Part shown: positions 54,139-62,327 of the stretch, piece by piece
Numbering within the stretch: position 1 is the stretch's first letter
Layout: each line of letters opens with the position of its first letter
Assembly: GCA_030583925.1 (NCBI GenBank)
Contig: CP129482.1
Coordinates: forward strand, 3,634,001-3,698,000
Length of the DNA: 64,000 nucleotides
Direction of reading: 5' to 3'
Origin: Anaerolineales bacterium
GTDB taxonomy: Bacteria > Chloroflexota > Anaerolineae > Anaerolineales > Villigracilaceae
Notes under the pieces: model-generated
What the model was told of the DNA's origin: nothing
What the model saw: only the letters and a program-made list of their open reading frames with translations
Database searches by the model: none
Translations under genes and position numbers: made by a program

Positions 54139-56727
54139 TTAATTGATCTCAGGAAACGGACAAACAAGCGGCTGTGCCGGCGTGCGCGTATAAATCAATG
54201 GCGGCTCAGATTGGACAACCACAATCAACGCGTCAACATAGCCGGGGAGACCCGAAAACGGATTGTCTTTGTAACAACCAAACACCGTCACATCTGCCCC
54301 ACTCGGAAAATACTCCGGCTTCTCCACCAGAGGAAGAACAACACCGATCTCCGTGGGTCCGATAAGTTGAAATACGAGGCGCTTAAACGGTCTTGACGCA
54401 AACGCGAGGAAAAAGTGATTAGACTCCCCCTCGTCTTTCGGCAGATAACTGGGATACAAACCCCGCCCGTGATATGCGACAGCGCCCTTTTGAAGAATAA
54501 AGGATTCCAAATCGCTGGCGGATAAGATCGAGTTTCCGTTTACAGCCGATTCTCGATATTCGAGCAATAACGCGTCGGATGTCGTTTCAAGATAGCGTGT
54601 CCGCGTCAGTAGTTGCCCCTTAGTCAACCCCAAGCTGATCCCGATCAAAACGAGCGAAACCGCCAATACGCCGCCCCACTGCAATCGGCCTGTACGATTC
54701 TTTGCCGATGATTCTGGACGATGGTCAACGTCAGAAGAGCCTGCGGGTACGAAAGAACGGCCACGCAGAATTTCCGCCAATTGCATCAAGCCTGCAGAGT
54801 AGAAAATGAGCGTGACCCAATCCACTGGTTGGATCAGCCTCCACCCCGATAATCGTCCAATCGAAACGCTCAAGTTATAGCCAATACCCAACAGCAAGGG
54901 AAGCGCCAGCAAGCCCCTGGATTTATTCCATGTGACCGCGATGCCGCCAGAAAGCAACAGCAAATTCAGCAGTAGAAATCCTCGCGCCTCACTGGGAAGT
55001 TCGCCAAGCCAGCCGGACCAATATGGCGTTCGCCTGACAAATTCAGTGGGCGTCTCAAGATACAACGATTGAGGCAGATACAAATAACTATAAATCGCAT
55101 TATGAAAATAGTGAGCAGAAACGAAGCCCGCGACCACCCGAGGATGTTCGAGCAGAAAATCAAGAGGCTGGCTTTTGATTCGATCATAGTAAGCCTCGTC
55201 GGTTTCATTCGGCAGTCGTTTCGGGTTTTCAAAAGGATTTAGGCTATACAATCTAGCAATTTGAGTGGTATAGGTGGATACCGGAGTTTGGAGCGCAAAC
55301 TTTCCCATAATTTCATAATTCCTCCACACCCAGACGCCAAGAACCAGAAACAAACCAAGAACGAACAAGAGCGCAGGTTCGAACAATTTCCTTGCCCAAT
55401 CTTTGCTTCTTTTGTTCAGCCACACCGCCAATGCAATAAAGGGAATTAAAAGTAAGGCATGTCCCCGCGTAAGCACAAGAAAACCAAAGACTCCGCCAAT
55501 GATCAGCGGCAGGATGCGGCGCTGGTCAGTCTTGCGAAGCCAATAGATCAAAAGTAAAGTCAGTAACAGGATCAATTCCATCGCAAAAATATCGCTCATC
55601 AGCAGTTTTGTGTGAGAGACAAGCACAACATTGGACAGCGATAAGCCATTGATTTCACGAAAGATCAACAAAACGCCCGCGATCAAACCTGCAGGGCGAT
55701 TAACGACCAGGCGTACGATTAAAAATAACAATACTGGATTCAGAGCAAAGACTGCGATCTGGAGAAGTACGAGCAGATCATAATTCTGCCCGGCAATGCC
55801 ATGCAAGAGCGCGAGGAAAAAAGAGTAAAACGGCTTTTCCCAAAAATCATTAGGAATCGGAATCCCGATCCAATAATTCTGGGCGTTAATATCAAAAAGG
55901 AGCGCGTCAGCAAACGGATAGCTTTGAAAATTGGGTGGGCGAGGCGCCAGCGACCCATACGAAGGGCTGACGGGAAAGGTTGACCAACTCAGAAAAGCGC
56001 CCACCCACAGCAAAATACAAAGAAACCAGTCCGCATGTTTAGGAGTAAAAGCAAAGCGCTGGTTTACAGTAGTTTCCAAAGCCGACAGCGCCATCCCAGC
56101 CGTGCATGCAAGCATAACTTGATAAAATAAAATGGGAACCCCCGGACCCTGCCAATAATCCACATCGGGCGTCAAACCGATCTTTGTTATCGCGATGAAC
56201 AACACGATGGACATCGTCAAAATCAACGCGACAATTGTCCCAGGCGCAAGAACGCGCATCATGGTCAGAGTTGATGAAGCGGGTCGCTCAACAAACAGAA
56301 TCTGCACGATCACCTGAAGAGCAAGCAACCCAAGCCAGAGAGCGATGGGGTACAATCTTTCGGCAAATGGCGCCAGATCTCCAAGTAACGACTGAGAGGA
56401 AAACAAGATCACATAAGACACACCAAGCAACAACGCGCTCACAGCGCCCCCCGCTCGATAGAGGAGAGCGTCAACGCTTCCGCCTAGTGGAGACCGCCAA
56501 AAATCCTGTCGCATGGATCTGCGTAACACAAATCCAAGGATCGTCAGAAGCGCAACGACGCCAGCCAACAGCGCCGCCCGGTACGGAGAATAACCGAAAA
56601 TAACCGCGCTCCCCTTTTCGCTGGAACTCCGCGTAAGCATGATCAAGACTCCTATCCCGCCCGCTAGAGCCACGATCAGGTTAATTTGTAATATGCGTGT
56701 TTTATTTACTTTAGATTCCACGATCAT
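54139..56727 (-). CDS. Large polytopic membrane protein, possible GT-C glycosyltransferase
   Basis: More than 12 TM helices, luminal loop FADALLFD...KPFYSFFL, LTRGH, WVWRNY. Confidence 0.6.
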   Translation of the reverse strand: MIVESKVNKTRILQINLIVALAGGIGVLIMLTRSSSEKGSAVIFGYSPYRAALLAGVVALLTILGFVLRRSMRQDFWRSPLGGSVDALLYRAGGAVSALLLGVSYVILFSSQSLLGDLAPFAERLYPIALWLGLLALQVIVQILFVERPASSTLTMMRVLAPGTIVALILTMSIVLFIAITKIGLTPDVDYWQGPGVPILFYQVMLACTAGMALSALETTVNQRFAFTPKHADWFLCILLWVGAFLSWSTFPVSPSYGSLAPRPPNFQSYPFADALLFDINAQNYWIGIPIPNDFWEKPFYSFFLALLHGIAGQNYDLLVLLQIAVFALNPVLLFLIVRLVVNRPAGLIAGVLLIFREINGLSLSNVVLVSHTKLLMSDIFAMELILLLTLLLIYWLRKTDQRRILPLIIGGVFGFLVLTRGHALLLIPFIALAVWLNKRSKDWARKLFEPALLFVLGLFLVLGVWVWRNYEIMGKFALQTPVSTYTTQIARLYSLNPFENPKRLPNETDEAYYDRIKSQPLDFLLEHPRVVAGFVSAHYFHNAIYSYLYLPQSLYLETPTEFVRRTPYWSGWLGELPSEARGFLLLNLLLLSGGIAVTWNKSRGLLALPLLLGIGYNLSVSIGRLSGWRLIQPVDWVTLIFYSAGLMQLAEILRGRSFVPAGSSDVDHRPESSAKNRTGRLQWGGVLAVSLVLIGISLGLTKGQLLTRTRYLETTSDALLLEYRESAVNGNSILSASDLESFILQKGAVAYHGRGLYPSYLPKDEGESNHFFLAFASRPFKRLVFQLIGPTEIGVVLPLVEKPEYFPSGADVTVFGCYKDNPFSGLPGYVDALIVVVQSEPPLIYTRTPAQPLVCPFPEIN

Positions 56728-56890
56728 CTCTGGAGATTCTAGCCATTCATGGATTTTAACGTATTCTCACTTGAGAACGCCAATATGCTGAAAACTGTCT
56801 CGCCAAGAAATTGTTCGAATCAGTTCGCCGGGCAGGTTAAGAACAACCATGGGTTGGCTTTGTCCTAATTCCTAAAACGCCGCCATATAC

Positions 56891-58699
56891 ATGAAAAAGA
56901 CTTTTCCTCGTTGGGATTTACCTATTCACCCCATCTTTTGGGGGCTATACCCGCTCGCATCCTTGTATCTGGCTAATATTGCGGAGGTTCCGCTCCGCGC
57001 GGTCGCGCCGTCGCTGGCGTTTGCGAGCGCCGTGACGATCTCGGTCCCTTTTATTGTTTTGATTTTCTTGACGTTCGGATCTGCGGGGCGCAAGAAGCAG
57101 GCAATATGGCTAACGGCTTGTGAGATCGTCTTCTTCATCGCTCTGTATTTTCCTCTCTATCGGATCGCAAAAGATGTATCCATTCACGACACACTCATCG
57201 GTCGTCACCGCTATCTTCTTCCTGTTTGGAGCGCCCTATGCTTTACAGCGCTGTTCTATACGCTGACGCCCAGCGCGTTGTTAAGCGATATAAAAAAGCG
57301 GTCAACCTGGGAAGACACTGCTCTGGTTAGCAGTCTGCTCTTAATTCTATTTTTCTCCTATGGCCATATTTTCAACATTATCGTTGCAGACAAAGCTGAC
57401 ACTTCGAACTTTTGGGGCTTGCACAAAACATTGCTCGCCTTATGGGGCTTGATCCTTGCCGTTAGCCTGTGGCTTCTTTGGAAAGCAAAAAATAAGACAA
57501 AGATCACACAAACAGCCAATGTGGTCGGCGGACTCCTGCTCCTCATTACATTGATTCAGATCGGCATTTGGGCGCTACAGAGCGCAAGCAAACCAAAAGA
57601 TATTGATTTTGCTCAAACATCCAGCCCGGCGGATGTGCCCGTTGCATCTGATTCACCGGATATCTACTACATTGTGCTGGATGGATACGGCAGGTCCGAT
57701 TATTTGCTTGACAACTTTCAAATTGACAATTCCGAATTTATTGCCGGGTTAAAATCAATGGGGTTCATAATTCCCGACTGTACTCAAAGTAATTATCATT
57801 TGACCATTCTTTCCATGACTTCCTCGCTCAACATGGATTACCTGACCGCCCTTCCGCCCGGACGCGAAGAAAATGCGGCGTATTTAGATTTTGAGCCCTA
57901 TTTACAAAACAATCGAGTGTTGGGTTTTTTCGAAAACCTCGGCTACGAAACCTTTACCTTCTCCGGGATCAATCCATATACTGAGATTCCCAATTCAACC
58001 CATTTCATAACATCAGACGGCGGGGCGGGAAATTCAGAACATATCGCCGCGCTCAATTTCCAATTCCTGTTTCTCCAAACGACCGCCTTACGCCCCATAT
58101 TAGATTACCGGGATTCTCTCACCGAAAGGGAAACAGTTTCCATACCGCTGCTCGATCGGTTGACGCCCTCGAATATGGACCTGCTGAACCGGCGATATTT
58201 TCGTTACCAGCAAAACAAATATCATCTGGAAGTCCTCGAAGGGATACCCGAACTACCGGGGAAAAAATTTGTCTATGCCCACCTGTATATGGCTCACGAA
58301 CCGTTCGTCTTCACCGCGGAAGGCGAGTTCCGTTCAGCCTCCTCACAGGACAAAGCCGCTTACAAGGATCAAATCTTATTCCTTAACAGCCGCATTCCCG
58401 CCATCCTGCAAAAGATAATTGCCCAATCCTCCGTCCCGCCCATCATTATCGTCCAGGCGGATCATGGATGGGGCTGGAACAAAAGACGCGACGAGATTTT
58501 AAATGCGTATTATTTGCCAAACGGCGGAGATCAATTGATCTATCCGAATATAACGCCGGTCAATACCTTCCGGTTGGTGATCAACAAATATTTCGAGGGA
58601 AATTACGATCTCCTTCCCGACGTTTCGTATTATGCGCCGCACGGCGATTTCCAAACAAAGAATTTATCCGCCGTACAAACCACCTGCGCATCAAAATAG
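56891..58699 (+). CDS. Membrane protein with alkaline-phosphatase/sulfatase-superfamily domain (LTA-synthase-like)
   Basis: N-terminal TMs, then IYYIVLDGYGR, HLYMAHEPF and IVQADHG metal-site motifs. Confidence 0.7.
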   Translation: MKKTFPRWDLPIHPIFWGLYPLASLYLANIAEVPLRAVAPSLAFASAVTISVPFIVLIFLTFGSAGRKKQAIWLTACEIVFFIALYFPLYRIAKDVSIHDTLIGRHRYLLPVWSALCFTALFYTLTPSALLSDIKKRSTWEDTALVSSLLLILFFSYGHIFNIIVADKADTSNFWGLHKTLLALWGLILAVSLWLLWKAKNKTKITQTANVVGGLLLLITLIQIGIWALQSASKPKDIDFAQTSSPADVPVASDSPDIYYIVLDGYGRSDYLLDNFQIDNSEFIAGLKSMGFIIPDCTQSNYHLTILSMTSSLNMDYLTALPPGREENAAYLDFEPYLQNNRVLGFFENLGYETFTFSGINPYTEIPNSTHFITSDGGAGNSEHIAALNFQFLFLQTTALRPILDYRDSLTERETVSIPLLDRLTPSNMDLLNRRYFRYQQNKYHLEVLEGIPELPGKKFVYAHLYMAHEPFVFTAEGEFRSASSQDKAAYKDQILFLNSRIPAILQKIIAQSSVPPIIIVQADHGWGWNKRRDEILNAYYLPNGGDQLIYPNITPVNTFRLVINKYFEGNYDLLPDVSYYAPHGDFQTKNLSAVQTTCASK

Positions 58700-58708
58700 A
58701 GTAATCGG

Positions 58709-60148
58709 ATGAACTCGGAACCCATTGTCCATTATTTAGACTCTGCTGCGGTAGATTACCAAAACGCCCGCATCGCGCACTGGGACGCAATCGCTCGCAA
58801 ACGCGACCATTGGCGCGGCATGGGCGGCTGGTATCACAAGCGGCTGGCGGAAGTGTATCGCTTTCACATCCCGCCGAACTCGCGCGTACTCGAACTCGGG
58901 TGTGCGGACGGGAAATTGCTCGCGGCTTTAAACCCATCTCGCGGCATGGGGGTGGACTTTTCGCCTGAGATGATTCGTCGAGCGAAACAAAAACACCCGA
59001 ACATCGAATTCATCCAAGCGGACGCGCACGATCTTTCCGCCATCAACGAATCATTAGACGTAATCATCCTCTCCGACCTCGTCAACGACTTGTGGGATGT
59101 GCAGCGCGTGTTCGAGCAGATCAAAAAACTTTGTACGCCGCGCACACGAATCATCCTCAACTTTTATAGCAGGCTTTGGCAATTGCCGCTTGGCGTCGCG
59201 CAAAGTCTCAACCTCGCCACGCGCAACCTCTATCAAAATTGGTTGACGCGCGAAGACATCCGCGTACTTCTGCGTCTCGCGGGGTTCGAGCCTGTGAAGA
59301 TCACGCAGGAAATTTTGTTTCCGCTTCCGCTCGGCGGGCTGGCGAACAAATTCCTCGTCCGTTTGTGGCCCCTGCATCACCTCGCGCTGTCGAACTTCGT
59401 GGTGGCGCGCCCAGCCCCCCAACGCGCGCCAGAGCCGACGGTGTCGGTCATCGTCCCCGCGCGGAATGAAGCGGGTAACGTCAAAGCGATCTTCGAGCGG
59501 ATTCCAAAAATGGGGCGCGAGACGGAAATCGTTTTCGTCGAGGGACATTCGAAAGACGACACGTACGCGGCGATCCAACGTGAAGCCGCTTCGCATCGGA
59601 CCTCCAGCCTGATTCTCCAACAGTCGGGCGTCGGCAAAGCGGACGCGGTGCGACTCGGTTTCGCCAAAGCCGCTGGCGATGTGTTGATGATTCTCGACGC
59701 CGACCTGACCGTGCCGCCCGAAGACCTGCCGCGTTTTTACGAGGCGCTTGTTTCGGGCAAGGGCGAATTTATCAACGGCGTGCGGCTGGTGTACCCGATG
59801 GAAAAAGAAGCGATGCAGACGTTGAATTTTTTCGGCAATAAATTTTTTAGTCTCGCGTTCTCGTGGCTGTTAGGTCAACCGATCAAAGATACATTATGCG
59901 GAACAAAAGTTTTATGGAAAGAGGATTACGAGCGTATCGCCACGAACCGTTCGTATTTCGGCGACTTCGATCCTTTCGGCGATTTCGATCTGATCTTCGG
60001 CGCGGCGAAATTGAATCTGAAGATCGTTGACCTTCCCATCCGCTACCGCGAACGGACGTACGGCTCGACCAACATCTCGCGCTGGAAACACGGTTTGCTG
60101 TTGTTCCGCATGGTCGCCTTCGCCGCGCGGCGGATAAAATTTATATAA
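58709..60148 (+). CDS. Fusion: SAM methyltransferase plus GT2 (polyprenol-P glycosyltransferase-like)
   Basis: VLELGCADG; VSVIVPARNE, GVGKADA, ILDAD, DTLCGTK. Confidence 0.85.
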   Translation: MNSEPIVHYLDSAAVDYQNARIAHWDAIARKRDHWRGMGGWYHKRLAEVYRFHIPPNSRVLELGCADGKLLAALNPSRGMGVDFSPEMIRRAKQKHPNIEFIQADAHDLSAINESLDVIILSDLVNDLWDVQRVFEQIKKLCTPRTRIILNFYSRLWQLPLGVAQSLNLATRNLYQNWLTREDIRVLLRLAGFEPVKITQEILFPLPLGGLANKFLVRLWPLHHLALSNFVVARPAPQRAPEPTVSVIVPARNEAGNVKAIFERIPKMGRETEIVFVEGHSKDDTYAAIQREAASHRTSSLILQQSGVGKADAVRLGFAKAAGDVLMILDADLTVPPEDLPRFYEALVSGKGEFINGVRLVYPMEKEAMQTLNFFGNKFFSLAFSWLLGQPIKDTLCGTKVLWKEDYERIATNRSYFGDFDPFGDFDLIFGAAKLNLKIVDLPIRYRERTYGSTNISRWKHGLLLFRMVAFAARRIKFI

Positions 60149-60149
60149 A

Positions 60150-60178
60150 GTAGGGGCGACCCGGCGGGTCGCCCCTAC
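60150..60178. repeat. GTAG-type REP palindrome
   Basis: GTAGGGGCGACCC-ggc-GGGTCGCCCCTAC, 1 nt after a stop codon. Confidence 0.7.
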
Positions 60179-60191
60179 AAACAAAATCACC

Positions 60192-60935
60192 ATGGGCATC
60201 AACCTTCACCAAGATCTCATCAACAAGAATCACGAGTTATGGAATCGCAAACCAATCCTCCAAGTCGCTTATCGGGATTTGTATCGGCTGGCGGCGGGAC
60301 AGTTGAGCGAACTGCCGAATCCAAGAATCGTCGAACTCGGCTCAGGCATGGGACACATCCGCGAGGTGATTCCGCAATGCATCACCACCGAATTGTTCCC
60401 CTTCCCGTGGATTGACCGAATCGAGAACGCGTACAAATTGTCGTTCGAGGATGAATCGATCTCCGATTTGATCTCCACCGACGTGTTCCATCACTTGAAA
60501 TACCCTGGCGCCGCCTTGACGGAATTCCACCGCGTCCTCCGCCCAGGCGGACGGGTCATTCTGCTCGAGCCGTGCATGAGCCTGCTAGGATTGATCGTGT
60601 ATGGTCTGCTCCACGTCGAGCCGATCGCCATTACGAAAAGAATCGAATGGCTCGCCCCCGCGGACTGGTCGCCTGAGAATTTAGATTACTATGCCGCGCA
60701 GGGAAACGCCACACGCATCTTCGTTGGAAAGAAATTCCGCCCACAACTCGCCGCGTGGAAAAGCATCAAGACCATCCGCCTCTCGGCTCTCACCTACGCC
60801 GCCTCGGGCGGGTACTCAGGTCCGCAACTCTACCCGACGGGGATGTATTCGGTTGTAAGATCGTTCGAGAAAGTTTTAAATCTGTTTCCGTTATTATTTG
60901 CGACGAGGTTGTTGGTGGTTTTGGAAAAGCAGTGA
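60192..60935 (+). CDS. Class I SAM-dependent methyltransferase
   Basis: IVELGSGMG, DVFHHL, RVLRPGGR. Confidence 0.85.
   Translation: MGINLHQDLINKNHELWNRKPILQVAYRDLYRLAAGQLSELPNPRIVELGSGMGHIREVIPQCITTELFPFPWIDRIENAYKLSFEDESISDLISTDVFHHLKYPGAALTEFHRVLRPGGRVILLEPCMSLLGLIVYGLLHVEPIAITKRIEWLAPADWSPENLDYYAAQGNATRIFVGKKFRPQLAAWKSIKTIRLSALTYAASGGYSGPQLYPTGMYSVVRSFEKVLNLFPLLFATRLLVVLEKQ
60897..60929 (+). repeat. 33-bp direct repeat (second copy at 61577-61609)
   Basis: tttgcgacgaggttgttggtggttttg(g/a)aaaag, one mismatch between copies. Confidence 0.9.
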
Positions 60936-60979
60936 AACTGACTTCCCTTTAAATGCTATAATTCCTAGCGAGGTGTACT

Positions 60980-61177
60980 ATGGCTCTCACAACGTATGAA
61001 GGCATTGTAGAAAAAGGCAAGATCCGCTTGAAGACGGGCGTGCGCCTGCCTGAGAACGCGAAAGTGTACGTGATCGTGCCAGAGGCGCAAGCGAAGAAAA
61101 GCGTCCGCGTGCAAACGCCGCGCCTGCTTCATCGAAAGCAGGCATCGGACTTCAAAATGAAGGTCGGCAAGGCATAA
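60980..61177 (+). CDS. Small DUF104/AF2212-like antitoxin-fold protein
   Basis: YEGIVEKGKIRL...LPENAKVYV; TATAAT and GAGG upstream. Confidence 0.65.
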   Translation: MALTTYEGIVEKGKIRLKTGVRLPENAKVYVIVPEAQAKKSVRVQTPRLLHRKQASDFKMKVGKA

Positions 61178-61181
61178 CCTC

Positions 61182-61562
61182 ATGCCGAAGTACGACACTG
61201 AAAATTTCGACCCGCCCGCGCCAGTTGCAACCGTGACCCTGCGTCACCCTGCAACTGGCGCTTCGTTATCCGACGTGCCCATGTTGATTGACACAGGCGC
61301 GGACGTCACCCTGTTGCCGCGCGAATATGTGGAAAGGCTGGGCGTCGAAACGGAAAGCGAAGCCTATGAGGTGCAAGGTTATAACGGGGAAACCAGTTTT
61401 GCCGATGCGGTCAAACTTGAGATGGTTTTTCTCGATCGAAAGTTTACTGGGCAATTCCTTTTGATGGATCAACCCATGGGCATCCTCGGCAGGAATGTCT
61501 TGAATGTGATTTCCGTCCTCCTCGACGGTCCCGCTGGAACGTGGGAAGAACAGAAACCATGA
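61182..61562 (+). CDS. Retropepsin-like (clan AA) aspartic protease
   Basis: LIDTGADVTLLP and ILGRNVL motifs. Confidence 0.85.
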   Translation: MPKYDTENFDPPAPVATVTLRHPATGASLSDVPMLIDTGADVTLLPREYVERLGVETESEAYEVQGYNGETSFADAVKLEMVFLDRKFTGQFLLMDQPMGILGRNVLNVISVLLDGPAGTWEEQKP

Positions 61563-61614
61563 TTGATCTGCGCCCGTTTGCGACGAGGTTGTTGGTGGTT
61601 TTGAAAAAGTAAGC

Positions 61615-62055
61615 ATGAAGAAAATTTCAAAAATTACTTTAATAGCCTTCTTGGTTATTGTGTTTGCCTGTGTCTTGACGATTTGGATTTACAATTCGCC
61701 CGCTGTAGATGATTACAGATGGATTCGAAATCGTGAAACAGAACGTGAATTGGTTGCAGCCTTTGTCACTGCGCTCAGGATCAATCACCCTGCCGCCTAT
61801 GAAATGATCGATCCAAGTTTGAGTCCCCGCCTTGATGAATGGATGAATACTCACCAAGCTAAGAAATGTGCCCGAAAAGCTTACATTTTTTTGAGTGGAA
61901 ATGCAACGCGTGCCAATGGTCAAAAACTAGGATGGGATGTTGTGTTTGGCTGTGTGGCCGAGAATTACACTCATCTAACTTTCAAAGTTGACCGTATTTT
62001 TATCAAAGACATGAAAGTGATTGAGTGGGGAGAAGTGATTGAGGAAGAAGATTGA
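61615..62055 (+). CDS. Hypothetical membrane-anchored protein
   Basis: N-terminal TM helix; AT-richer than neighbours by eye. Confidence 0.6.
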   Translation: MKKISKITLIAFLVIVFACVLTIWIYNSPAVDDYRWIRNRETERELVAAFVTALRINHPAAYEMIDPSLSPRLDEWMNTHQAKKCARKAYIFLSGNATRANGQKLGWDVVFGCVAENYTHLTFKVDRIFIKDMKVIEWGEVIEEED

Positions 62056-62327
62056 TTGACTTCAAGTTGTAAAATGAAATTGTTTTGCACTTCACAAACT
62101 TGAGTCCTCGACTTATGTCAACCAATCTACGGACACACCCTCTCCTCTTCCTGCGGAACATACAAAGCGACCCCCTCTAACGAATCTCCGTCGAGACTTT
62201 CGATAGGTTCTCCCCCAAATACGAAAGAAAAAGTCAGGATAATTATCCATACTACGCAGTTCGTATTTGGGATGCACCTAAAGGTGTGCTTCGCGAAGAT
62301 GCCGACAGGCAGAGGGGGTTGGTTTCC

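Noticed and set aside
61182-61562. Retroelement or prophage remnant
   Set aside because: No RT, integrase, gag-like or phage structural genes nearby.
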